Positions 40,805 to 54,150 of a stretch of 64,000 bases of DNA are shown piece by piece. How positions within the stretch are numbered: the stretch's first letter is position 1; each line of letters opens with the position of its first letter. Under the pieces are notes generated by a model. It ran no database searches, was not told where the DNA came from, and saw nothing but the letters and a program-made list of their open reading frames with translations. A program made the position numbers and the translations under genes. The stretch comes from Octopus vulgaris (lineage: Eukaryota), in contig OX597816.1 of assembly GCA_951406725.2 (NCBI GenBank), positions 116,808,001-116,872,000 on the forward strand, read 5' to 3'.

Positions 40805-41920
40805 AGCAAGAAAGTAATTTCGTTTTTCGCAAATAGAGTTACGATTTTTTAATGACATTTGTCAATGTTATGATTTTTTTCCTTTTGACATTTGATAGCC
40901 GTTACTTTTAGCATACCTTAGATGCAAATTGCACATAATTTTGTTTACAGCCGTTAGTTCAGTGTCAATTTTAACATGGAGTGCAAAAACGAACATTTTC
41001 GCCATATTTTGCTTTTTTATTTCCGTAAAGGGAAGAAAGCTGCAGAGGCTCACAAAGAAATATTGAAGTTTATGGTGTTGATTGCTTAAGAGAAGGCACA
41101 TGTCAGAAATGGTCTTAAAAATTGCGTTCTGGAGCTTTTCCCATCAAAGATGACCAACGTTCTGGTTCACCTACTGAAGTTAATGATGGCCAAATCAAAA
41201 CCATAATTGAATCTGATTGTCGGGAGATTGCTGAGAGGTTAAATATATCACACATAACAATTGAAAACCATTTAAAATGTCTTGGACCCGTAAAGGAGCT
41301 TGATATTTGGATCCCACATAAATTGAAAGAGATTCACTTAACACAACGAATCAATATTTGCGATATGCATCTCAAACACAATGAAATCGAACTCTTTTTG
41401 AAACGTATCATCACTGGATATCAAAAATGGATTGTCTGCAATAGCATTAATCTAAAATGGTCATGCTCCAGCGTAATGAACCCCCACAAACCACATTGAA
41501 AGCTGAATTGCGTCAAAAAAGGTCATGCTGTTAATTTGGTGGGATTACAAAGATGTTGTGTATTTTGAGCTGCTTCCAAGGAACCAAACGATCAATTCGG
41601 ATGTTTGCTGTCAACAACTAATGAAACTGGGGGAAGCAATCAAAGAAAAACGACCAGAATTGGCACATCGTAAAGGAATCGTGTTTCACTATGACAACGC
41701 TGGGCTACACGCGTCTTTTGCGAACTCCTGAAAAATTATTGGACCCTGGTTGGGAGTAATGTCACATCCACCATTTTGAAGTACAGAATCATGAAGTTGC
41801 TAGAAAGGTCATCTAACAAAATGAACAATATGTAATTGATTATAAAGTTCATTCTTTGTTTGAAAAAAATTACTTCCATTCCACACTAAAAAACGAAATT
41901 ACTTTCTTGCCAACCGAATA
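40796..41920 (+). mobile_element. Mariner transposon with both ~32-bp TIRs, decayed and internally deleted
   Basis: TIRs tattggattagcaagaaagtaatttcgttttt and aaaaacgaaattactttcttgccaaccgaata, flanked by TA. Transposase pieces include WIPHKL, ITGYQKW, MLLIWWD and FHYDNA. Confidence 0.92.
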
Positions 41921-41965
41921 TATTATATATATGTGTGTGTGTATAAATATATACCACACACACAC

Positions 41966-42017
<52 letters not shown>

Positions 42018-42116
42018 GCACTTATTATACATATATATAGTTATATATATAGTGATATATATAGATATATATATGCATGTGTGTATATATATGTGTGTGT
42101 ATTTATATATGTATAA

Positions 42117-42160
<44 letters not shown>

Positions 42161-42778
42161 GCATATATATATACACATGTATATATATTAATAAATATAT
42201 GTATATATAAATATATATATATATATATAAGCCTTGTTTATAGAACAAACATTAAATTTGGGTCAACGACTTTATGTACAACACCACCCCTCAAACATTT
42301 AATCATCTATAAAAATTACCATGGTTTTTCAAACACATAAAAAAATAATACATATACATAAAATCACAGAAGGTAAAAATATAATCGAAAACAATACAAA
42401 TAAAAAGGCCTATCAAAAAGTTAAATGTACACGACTAAAAATTCATAAACTACCATAAAACCTAATAGACAAATATAAAGTAAATAAAGATAAAAATAAA
42501 AATAAATGTCCACCGACTAAAAAAGGTTTCAGACGATTAAAATATTTTTTCAAAATTAAAAAAAATTTTTTTAATATTAGTAAAAAGTCTTATACTTCCC
42601 TCACACAAGTACGTCCAAAGTTCAAAATTAACATACTGATAGCAGACTTAGTTAGAATAATGAACAATGTGTCCCCGTTATGCAAACCCTATGAAACAAA
42701 AACACATAAACAGAACTTCATGCACCAAAATACAAAATATTTCTCATGTTTTATTACTATAGAAAGGAAGTGTACAAG

Positions 42779-42838
<60 letters not shown>

Positions 42839-43374
42839 CCTCTCTCTTCCATTCTTTCTCAAACTTTCTAATCTTTGAAACTGGAAATTACTTTTAAAAG
42901 AAATGATAACAATTTGGATGAGCTGCATAACCATAATTAAATCATGAGGTAACATGAAAATATTTTACATTCACCTCCAAAGAAAAACAAAATAGCCAAA
43001 TTGCTAGAACTTGTTGGCATCATCTTATAACAGTGTTTAGTGGCATCTCCATTCTTCAGTTTTTGTATCAAGGTTTATTAGTTTTAGAGGATTTGGAAAG
43101 ACAGTGATGATGATTACAGTAACTAAAATATACATGTCTGAGTAAATGTGAAGCCTTGTTACTGAAATTGTGAATTAGTAAAATTTCCAGAGCATAAAAT
43201 AACAAGATTTTATAGTAGGTGTTCCAGCTCTTTACTCCCTGAGTTAAACTTCTATTGAAATCAACTTAGCCTTTCATCCTTTCAGGTTTGATAAAATAAA
43301 ATATCAACTTATGAGTGTGGATTAGTGGAACTGTCAGTGTCAGATGAGATTCTTTGTAATATTTGTTCTGACTT

Positions 43375-43805
43375 AGGCGGCGAGCTGGCAGAAACATTAG
43401 CACACCTGACAAAATGCTACTCAGCATTTTGTCTGTCTTTACGTTCTGAGTTCAAATTCTACTGAGGTCAACTTTGTCTTTCATCCTTTCAGTGTCGATA
43501 AATTAAGTACCAGTTGCATACTGGGATCAATCTAATTGACTGGCCCCCTCCGCCAAAATTTTGGGCCTTGTACCTAGAGTAGAAAAGAATATTTGTTTTG
43601 ACTAAGGCAGCAAGCTAGCAGACTCATTAGTACACTGGGCAAACTGCTTAGTGACATTTCATCTGTCTCCATGTTCTGAGCACAAATTCTGCCAAGGTTG
43701 ACTTTGTCTTTCATCCTTTCAGATACCAGTTGATCACTGAGGTCAATATAATCAGCTTACCACCTCATCCAAAATTGTTAGCCTTGTGTAAAAACTTGAA
43801 ACCAA
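43375..43805 (+). mobile_element. Two tandem Meta-domain-like SINEs
   Basis: Copies at ~43375-43590 and ~43604-43805, separated and flanked by aatatttgtt.tg.ct repeats. Confidence 0.85.
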
Positions 43806-45355
43806 TATTTGTTATGTCTCTTTGCATTCTGAGTTCAAATTCCACCACAGTAGATTTAATCTTCTGCCTGTTTTTACACAACCAACTGGTCCCTGGGTGA
43901 TTTCTGTGGAGTTTGCTTGGCTGCAGCCTTGTTGTCCAGATCTCTGATGTCAGAATAAATACCTACCTTCCTATTGTCAGTCCTGGAAACTCTGAAAGAA
44001 TAAAGCACCCTAGGTACTACCATTCCCTTCTGGATAAAAAAAAAAGTAAGAAAAAGTTCTATTCATAAATGCATTCTTCACTGTTGATAGATTCCTCTAT
44101 GGTCCTCATAAAATCATTCAATTCAGACACAAACACATAGTATACACTATTCAGAAACATGCACACAAACAACACAAAACAAAAACACATACACATACAC
44201 ACACATATACAGATATAGGCACAGATATGCATACACACATATATACTAATATATACATGTATAAACACATAGACACACAACATAATATATACGGGCACAT
44301 TCAGAAACATGCTCACTCACCCACACTTGTATATGAAAACATAGATAAGCACACATATATATATGTACTCACAAACAATATGTACACACACACACATGGA
44401 AGCACACACACACACACAAACATACATATAACCACATGTAAACTTGCATACAAAGTTGCAAGCATGTGCTTGTACACACACATACACACACACACACAAT
44501 CACACACAAATAGATATGTTCATACACTCAAACATACACAAACAAACACAATATGTACAGACGCCCTCAGAAATACTTTCATAATTCTACACAAATATAC
44601 ATTCAGAAGCCTGCACACACACACACATACACACACGTGCATGCAGAAATATACATACATGCACACACATACACAAGCATACACATGTAACCACATACAT
44701 AATTATGAACACAATATATATATATATATATATAGACACCTATGGTAACTTACAAAATAATCTCATATATATAACAACTACATATACATACATGTACATA
44801 AATATACACACAGAAACCTGCACATATACAAACATATACATGTATATATAACTACACATGTACACACACACAAACACATGCTCAATCATATACAAACATA
44901 TTGCATATACATTCTCATTATTATACAGAGACACACAAAAATACAACACACCCACAGACGCTAATATGCTGCCAGTCCTAATCAGCACCAAGAATTGGTT
45001 CCAGAATTTGAAGACGAGTGCTTTCTCTTGGAGAAATTACAAGGAATAATCTATAAATGGAATGAACTTATAAATGAATAACAGTTGCAATTGAATTAAA
45101 ACAACCTCTAATCCAGATTAGAGCTGATGATATTGACAGTGTATATTGGATTCTGTAGCAATTGCCTTACTAAAAGGTAATCTTCAGTGCTAACAATATT
45201 GTCTCAAAGTTTTAATAAGACGAAAGACAATTATATCATTGCTCTTCTCTAAAACTGTAAATAGTTTCACTGCAGACACTTGTCTCTGGTTAAATGTTGG
45301 TGTTTATGAGTGTGTGTCTATACACACACACATATATAACAATATATGTATGTAT

Positions 45356-45390
<35 letters not shown>

Positions 45391-45715
45391 ATTAATGCTT
45401 GTTTTTATGTTCACTTGTAATGAAAAAACAATTTTACATTAATCTGATGGGTTACTCTATACTTTTCTGGAGTACAACTTTATCATTCATATACAAGAAT
45501 GTTGTTGACAGTAACTTCAAGTTTCGACCGGCTAAGCCATCATCAAACAGTCTGACGATGGTTTGACTGACCAAAACTTTGAAGTTAATGTCAACATTAA
45601 GTATAATTCCTATATATATATAGAATAGCCAATGAGAATGTAATGTAGATCTTCGCCCCAACATTCGAAACTCCAAGTACTGTAATAACAACTTAATGTT
45701 TGTTCTAAATTATAT

Positions 45716-45758
<43 letters not shown>

Positions 45759-46019
45759 TCATCATCATCATCGTTTAGCATCTGTTTTCCATGCTAGCAT
45801 GGGTTGGACGGTTCAACTGGGGTCTGGGAAGCCAGAAGGCTGTACCAGGCCCAGTCTGATCTGGCAATGTTTCTATGGCTGGATGCCCTTCCTAACACCA
45901 ACCACTCCATGAGTGTAGTGGGTGCTTTTACATACCACCAGCACAGGTGCCAGACGAGGCTGGCAACAGCCATGATCGGACGGTGCTTTTTACGTGCCAC
46001 CGGCACGAGGGCAAATATA

Positions 46020-46200
<181 letters not shown>

Positions 46201-46459
46201 TGTACATACATATAGATTGTATGTGTATACATGAGTACATTCATATATATATATATATACATATATAAATAGATGAGTGTATTTTCCCTTGTTAACAATT
46301 AACATGGAAAAAATAAATAGTTACCAGGGTAGCAAAAAATCACAGAAGTAGAGAGGTTGTAACAAGTGAATAGGTCGAAATATGTGTCGGAAGTAAATGT
46401 ATTTGAATTATACCAGTGTTAAACTCCATTTATTTATTTATATATATATACATATTATA

Positions 46460-46675
46460 TATGAGGAGCTTACTCTGAAAACTGGTATAAGTGCATATAA
46501 AACACAAGCTGCATGAAATTTCTGTCAGTTTTCAGTCAAACTGGGATAGATGCCATACAGACAGTAGACGAATCTTAGCCTTCCAATCAAAATCAGATAT
46601 ATTCAAGTTGTTGTTTTAAACAGTTACTGAAAAGTCATTCTAATGCATATATCGGGTTTTGAAAGTAAGCTCCTC

Positions 46676-46678
<3 letters not shown>
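46460..46678. mobile_element. MITE, Tc1/mariner-type
   Basis: ~30-bp imperfect TIRs tatgaggagcttactctgaaaactggtata and tatatcgggttttgaaagtaagctcctcata, in TA context. Confidence 0.75.
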
Positions 46679-46728
<50 letters not shown>

Positions 46729-47531
46729 AGAGCAAAATGTAATTACGCTGCAGTATATATATATATAAAAATACAAAATGGGACAAGAACACAAGACATC
46801 CAAACAGTTAGGTGATACAAAAAAGAGACAACAAAACATCCAGATAGACAATACAAAGAAAACAAGGACAGGTCCTTGGAGTTTTCTTTCCTCAGTCGAG
46901 TTCCAGATTATCTTTGCAATTTTGGCTGGTTATACTCGAGTTTGCTCCAATATGACCAGCCCCAAGGAAAAATTAAGCTAAGAGCATTAGATTCCTTGGA
47001 AGAAAGCAGCGAATGTATATGAAAACAAGGACGGAAAAAAAATGGAGAATGTTACACAAATACAAATAACAGGACATAACAACAGGTGTCCTTTGACTAA
47101 GGACGAATTAAATTAAGCTGGCGTGTGTGGAAATAAAGCCTTACAGCAGGGATACAAGATTTCACAGACACAGGAAGGAATATAGATGTTGCACGGATGA
47201 CAGCAAAACCAAGAAAGAAAGATCAGGCTTGGCCAAACACCAGTCATGTGGGGAGAGAAGAGAGGGAGGTAGAGGCAGAGGGACAGAAGAATTAAGGAGG
47301 GGTGAGAAAAAATGGCATGGACACAGTGAAGTGAAAAGAGGAGGGAGAGTGAGCATGAAGAGAAGGCAAGGAAATATGAGATAAGGAGAATGAAAGAACA
47401 AAGAGTGGAAGGAACAAATAAGCATGAAAGGGCTGATAGAAAGAAAGAATAGAGTTGTACAAGATTTAGATAAATATATACTTACATATAAGGGACCAAA
47501 GTGTACATATATATACATATATATATATATA

Positions 47532-47591
<60 letters not shown>

Positions 47592-48268
47592 AATTAGAGA
47601 TAAAACCACTATTATGCAACTCAAACAGTGATATACATAAACCAATACATAAATAACAAATAATATATATTTTTATAAAACATGTAACTTATAACTAGAT
47701 CTCATAAACTATATAATGAACGATCAATATTATGATATAATAAGTAAAAACACTATGTATGTTTCATGGCTACAATTAAATTCGAATTACAATTAAGTTT
47801 AAATTCAATTGAAATAAATTCGATTTAAAATTATAGTCAATCTTCAGGTTAATGAAAATAGTTAAACTGTTTCTGTCTCTCTGTCTCACTCTAACTTTTC
47901 ACCATCTAACACAAGATCACATCCTTCAATGCCCCCTCCTCTCTCAAAAGATTTTTTTGTCTTGCACGGTACTTGGTGACCCTATCAATGCAGGTGCCCC
48001 TTAAAAAGCATCCATTCCAAATTTTAAAGTGGTTGACATTTGGAAGGGTATCCAAGTGTAAAGACTTGCCAAAACTGACCTCACCTGTGCTTGTGCTACG
48101 TAAAAAGCACTAAGTCCACTCTGCTGAGTGGTTGATGTTAGGAAGGGCATCTAGGCATCCAGCTGTAAAAATCCTGCCAAAACAGTCACAGAAGTCTGAT
48201 GCAGGCTTCTGTCTGGCTGGCCTCTGTCAAACCTTCCCACTCATGCCAGTATGGAAAGTGGATGTTAA

Positions 48269-48300
<32 letters not shown>

Positions 48301-48764
48301 ATATGTGAGTTATTTGAAAGAATCTTGAGTTGAAAATTCTGCCTACCTGCTTTTTCTTATTATATAAAACTTGTACACCACTTCAAACAATCTACATATA
48401 TTCATTTACATATGCACACACATATAGAGTAGAGGGGGTCTCTGAAAGGGATCTCAGGGATGTGCTAATTTTCCACCACATTTCTTAAAAATCATGGTAG
48501 AGGCCTTGGTTTTGGGACCACTCATGTCTAGAAACTCAGGTTGGGATAAGCAAGGGCATGCTGCCTGTAGAAAATCCAGCTCCAAAAACAGCCTCATGAT
48601 AGCAAAGGAGAATGGGCACCAGCCAGCCTAAAGGTTGGAGTAGGCTGCACCTGCCTATCTTGGTTGCTACAGCATTGAGGTAGTTCCAACCACCCCTGTT
48701 AACAGGGACAAAACCCGGATTTAAAACACTGGATGAGGATGATGACACATAGATACACACACAT

Positions 48765-48849
<85 letters not shown>

Positions 48850-49704
48850 GGATATTGATAACAAGTTTCTCCCCCACCAAATTCCACTCAAAAAGTATTG
48901 ATTCCCTAAATGTTATTGAGAAGACACTTTTCCAAGGTTCCATGCAGTAGAATCAAACCCAGAACTGAATGCTTCTGAATCAACCCATTTAACCACATTG
49001 TCAAGGAGGCAAATCTCCCTTCCTCCTGGACAGACTGCTATTCTACTCCTGCTTAGCTCTCTTGGCACAATATTGTATGTTATTTTCATACTAAGCAAAC
49101 AGAGAAATAGAACGTGCTCTGTAATTTACCATCTAATTGCTCAATATATTGCTTAATGTATAACACATATTCAGAACTCTTCTTCTTACTGGCGCCAAGT
49201 ATAAGTGATGCAAACTGACACATTGGCACTTAATCAAGTAACCTCCTACATGGTCTTTATCACCACTTCCAACCACTACCTCTTGTTATTAATCTCAAAC
49301 ATTTAAGCTCTGATCAATTGCACAATTTCATCAGATGCTATTTGAAATAAGGATATTATTAAATTAAAACTGTCATGAGAAAGAGGAAGCTGGGGAGCTT
49401 GAATATTTATTTATATTCAGCCTGCTATAGACATGATGGGAACAAATTCAGACGATTTCTAAAAATATGATAAAAAAAAAAAGAAGATAGCAATAATAAT
49501 AAAAAAAGATAGTAATAGTTTTAATAAATAAATAAATATATTTCTAAATTACCATTTATTGTCACAGACAAAATTAATGGGAAATTTCTTGGTGCCATTT
49601 GAATCTTAAGGTTACACATTTCATAACAATCTTGAAACATTGGAACAAAACAAAAAACAAAAAAAAACAAATTTAAAAACAAACCAAAAAGAAAAATAAT
49701 AATG

Positions 49705-49756
<52 letters not shown>

Positions 49757-50663
49757 TGATAATAATAAAGCAAAAAAATCAAATTCATAAAATAAAATTA
49801 ATTAATTAATACCAAACAGAATAAAAACAAGCAATAAAATAATTAAATTATAAAAGTGGGGGAGCGTCAGCATTAAAAACAAGAAACAAAATAAAAAACA
49901 AAAATGAAAGGTAAATTAATACAATAAATATAAATCAAATAATTAAACATGGATGAGAAAAAAACAACCAAACAAGTAAATAAACAAACAAAACACAGCA
50001 AAAGATAACTGAATGAATAAATGAATGTAATAAGATGTAATGCGGAAAATAAATAGATTCTTAATTAGTATGATAGCTGTCATCAGAGCCTAATTTGATT
50101 GATTACATAATCATCACCAATGCAATCATCATCGTCGTCGTTGTCATCATCATCATCATTATCATCATCATCATCATCGATAGCAACAGCAGCAGCAGTA
50201 AAAACAGAAACAGCATTACCACCAGCACAATTATCATCATGACCAGCAGCGTAATTAACATCATTAGTATCAGCATTGTTGCTCATCATCGTCGCTGGTA
50301 TGATAATAATCAACATTAGCAACATTGCTGTCATCTACACTGTTAGCAACAACACAGTCATCATTACCATTATCATTGTCATTATCATCAAAGCTATCGA
50401 CATTTTAATGTCCATTATTTCTCTCTGCTGGCACAGAGTTTGACAAGTATGCAATATGCTATGAAACCTATTGCTATACATACAAACAATTTATACGGTT
50501 AGTTTCAGTTCTTTTTGAAAAGACACAAGAAATTAAAATTAGCTAAACCATACCATAATGTATTACAGGTATGTATTTCATACTTTGCCCTCAAACAATA
50601 ATTATAGTGGTAATATATATATATATATATGTATGTATGTATGTATATATGTATGTATGTATG

Positions 50664-50718
<55 letters not shown>

Positions 50719-51420
50719 GTATATGTACACATACATGCATATTTCTACATGTATAAATACATATATACATATAAATATATATACACATATATTTATGAAT
50801 ATACAAAAATATATATATTGATATATATGTATATATATACATATATATGTATGTATGTATCTATGTAATTTGTGTGTGTGTATGATGTGTGTATTGGTGT
50901 TCATGCCACATGCTGTTGGTGCGATGTGAAAACAATGCCAAAGGAGTCAATTGAGCCTGGTGCAGGTCCCTGACTTTTACCATCTCCTTCATGTCAAACC
51001 ATCCAACCCATGCCAGCATGAAAGAACAGACATTCAATGATGATGATGATATCTGTATAGAAATAGTTATGAAGGTATATATATTTATATATATATATAC
51101 ACTTGTACACACATATAGTTGTGAAGACATATATATAGATACACATACATACATACATGTGTGTTTATGTATGTATGTATGTATGTATGTATGTATGTAT
51201 GTATGTATGTATGTATGTATGTATGTATGTATGTATATATAGGACTATTAATTTTCCAGGAATTAATCCTGTCTGACATTTCTGTTATTTCTATTATCAC
51301 TTCAAAATTTTTAATTATGTCTATTTCTAAGAATTGGTAATTATTCAAACTAAAAAAAAACATAATTACAGCAGGTGGGAGAAGGATGTTTGTATGCATG
51401 TCAGTCTTTGTAGTATATAT

Positions 51421-51512
<92 letters not shown>

Positions 51513-51697
51513 GTGTGTGTGTATGTATATATAAATATATATACATATATACATATATACATATACACATTGATGCACAAATATACATATACATACACAC
51601 ACACACACACACATCACAAGCACACACACACACACTCACATGTATATATTTATATATATATGAACGTTTGTATGTGACTGTGTACGTGTGTGTTTGC

Positions 51698-51732
<35 letters not shown>

Positions 51733-53750
51733 TCTGTGTGTCTGTGTTTGTGTTTACATATGTATATGCCATATGCTCAGGTGCTCAAAAGTTCACATTG
51801 CAACCATGAAGTCTTGATTTCAATTCTAAGTCAGACCTTTTTTGAGCATATGCCTTTTTCCATAGCCTCTGGTTATTCTATGCCTTTTGCCAGATGGTTT
51901 GTACCTGCATTTCAACAAGGTACAGTCTTGTCAGATACTGCATCGTGCAGAATCTATCCACAAATTTTGTTATGAGTACACATGTCTATAAAATATTCAG
52001 TTTCTTGCACGTTAATACACAAACAATTCAGGCTCACTTTTAATGTATTATAGATATTATGCTTATATATGCATTTGTTTTTATGTTTGTATATGTTGTA
52101 TATAAACTTTTCTCTTTTACTGTCTATAGTTATTAGCATTCTTAAATGTTTGTGAGTATGTGTGCACACCCACTTAATTACATACATGTGATGTATGCCA
52201 GCATAGATGAGTTTGCATCACAACCATAAAGTCCTAGGTTCAATCCCACCTCATGGCATTTTGGACTAGTGACTTTACCTCAATATCAAGTTCACCAAAG
52301 CATTATCAATGAAATTGGATTGACAGAAACAGTAGAAACCCCCCAGTGCTGATTACACAAGTGTATTATATTAATGGTACATGATGTATCTATGGATCAG
52401 CCACTTTGCATATTAAATCAATGAATAGATCAGTTAGTTAATCAAGCAACAGGATGGTCATATGGGTTTGTGTTGATATTGACAGGAGGCTCTATCATAA
52501 TTGTGTCAATATCAGTTTGTTACATCCATGCATGTATTTGTGGCTTTTTTATTGAATGCACAGTGAAGGCATGTGGCTTAGTGATTAGGATATTCGCTCA
52601 TGATTGTGAGGTTATGAGTTCAATACCTGGTGGTGTGTGTGTCCTTGGGTAAGACACTTTATTTCAATTTGCTCTAGTCCATCAGCTGACAAAACTGAGT
52701 TGCATCTGTAGTTCAATGATCCAGCCTTATCACATTCAGTGTGTCACACTGAATCTCCCTGAGAACGACATGAAATAACATGAAATACAAAAATAACGTT
52801 GGGTACACAAAGTGCGAGAGAAAGAAATGGAAAACAAGACAAGTAACATAAAAAACGACCCTTCATCAGTTGTCAGCTGTCCTTCTTATTTCAAGCAATG
52901 AACAACAAGATAAGACTTTGAAGGCAGTTACTCCTGTGAACCAAAATAAAATTTGGGATCTGTGGAGGGTCAAAGGTAATGTGTTTGTGTGTCTGTGTTT
53001 GTCCCCCCACCATCGCTTGACAACTGATGTTGGTGTGTTTATGTCCCCATAATTTAGCAGTTCAGCAAAAGAGATTGATAGAATAAGTACTAGAGTCGAT
53101 TTTGTTTGACTAAAGGCAGTACTCCAGCAAGTAAAAGAATAAAAGAATACATGACAAATAAATTATGTTTAAAATTATTAGAAGAAAGTGATGAAAAGAC
53201 TTATTTAAAAAGTATATAAAGAAATGTATTAGATATAAAAATTTAGAATTTAGGCTCATAAGCTAATAAAGATTATAATGTATTTAAATATAAGGATATA
53301 AACATAAGATATGCAACAAGGTATATAGAATGTAAACTGTAAATATATATAATCTTTAAGGAAATATATAAAGGACATAAAAAATATATAAAAGAATATA
53401 TAAAGAAATATATAAAAGTATAAAAACTATTAAAAAATGAAAGAATATAAAAATATAAGACAAATACTGAAAAATATAAAAAAATAAAATTAATAAAGAA
53501 ATATATAAAAAATTATAAAGGTATAGATGTATAGAAAATAATTATAAGAAGACCTTTGTTTTTATTCTGTGAATTTGATAACTATGTTGAATAAGTTGAA
53601 CTGGCCTTTATGTTTGAAGATGAAAACAGTTCCTTTGCAATGATGTAATGTTTGCAGTAATCGATTAAAGGAGATATTAGAAACGACCACAATGAATTGA
53701 CACCTGTACCTCTTTGTTACTCATATATATATACACACACACACATATAT

Positions 53751-53782
<32 letters not shown>

Positions 53783-53804
53783 ATGTATGTATGAGAGAGA
53801 GAAA

Positions 53805-54150
53805 GAAAGGTAAATGGTAAAGACCCTCTTTGGTCATGAATGACCATGGGATTGCACCTAGAAAGCTTCCCTCTGTGACACAAGTCTGGGCAAGGTTGTT
53901 TATGGAAGACCAGCAGTCACCCATGCATACCAGCCTCTCCTTCTCCATGTCACTCATGTTATGAAAGGCAAATGCCAATACAGCTTGGCACAAGTGACAT
54001 CACAACTCATTTCTACAGCTGAGTTAACTGTAGCAATGTGAAATAAAGTGTCTTGCTCAAGAACACAACATGCGGCCCGATCCGGGAATTGAACACACTA
54101 TTTCAAGATTGTGAGCCCGACACCCTAACCACTGAGCCATGCACCTTCAC
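53805..54150 (-). mobile_element. Second tRNA-derived SINE family, with copies also at ~52563-52765(+) and ~57918-58135(+)
   Basis: A box tggctcagtgg and B box gttcaattccc, followed by the shared core gtgt.cttgagcaagacactttatttca. Confidence 0.8.
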
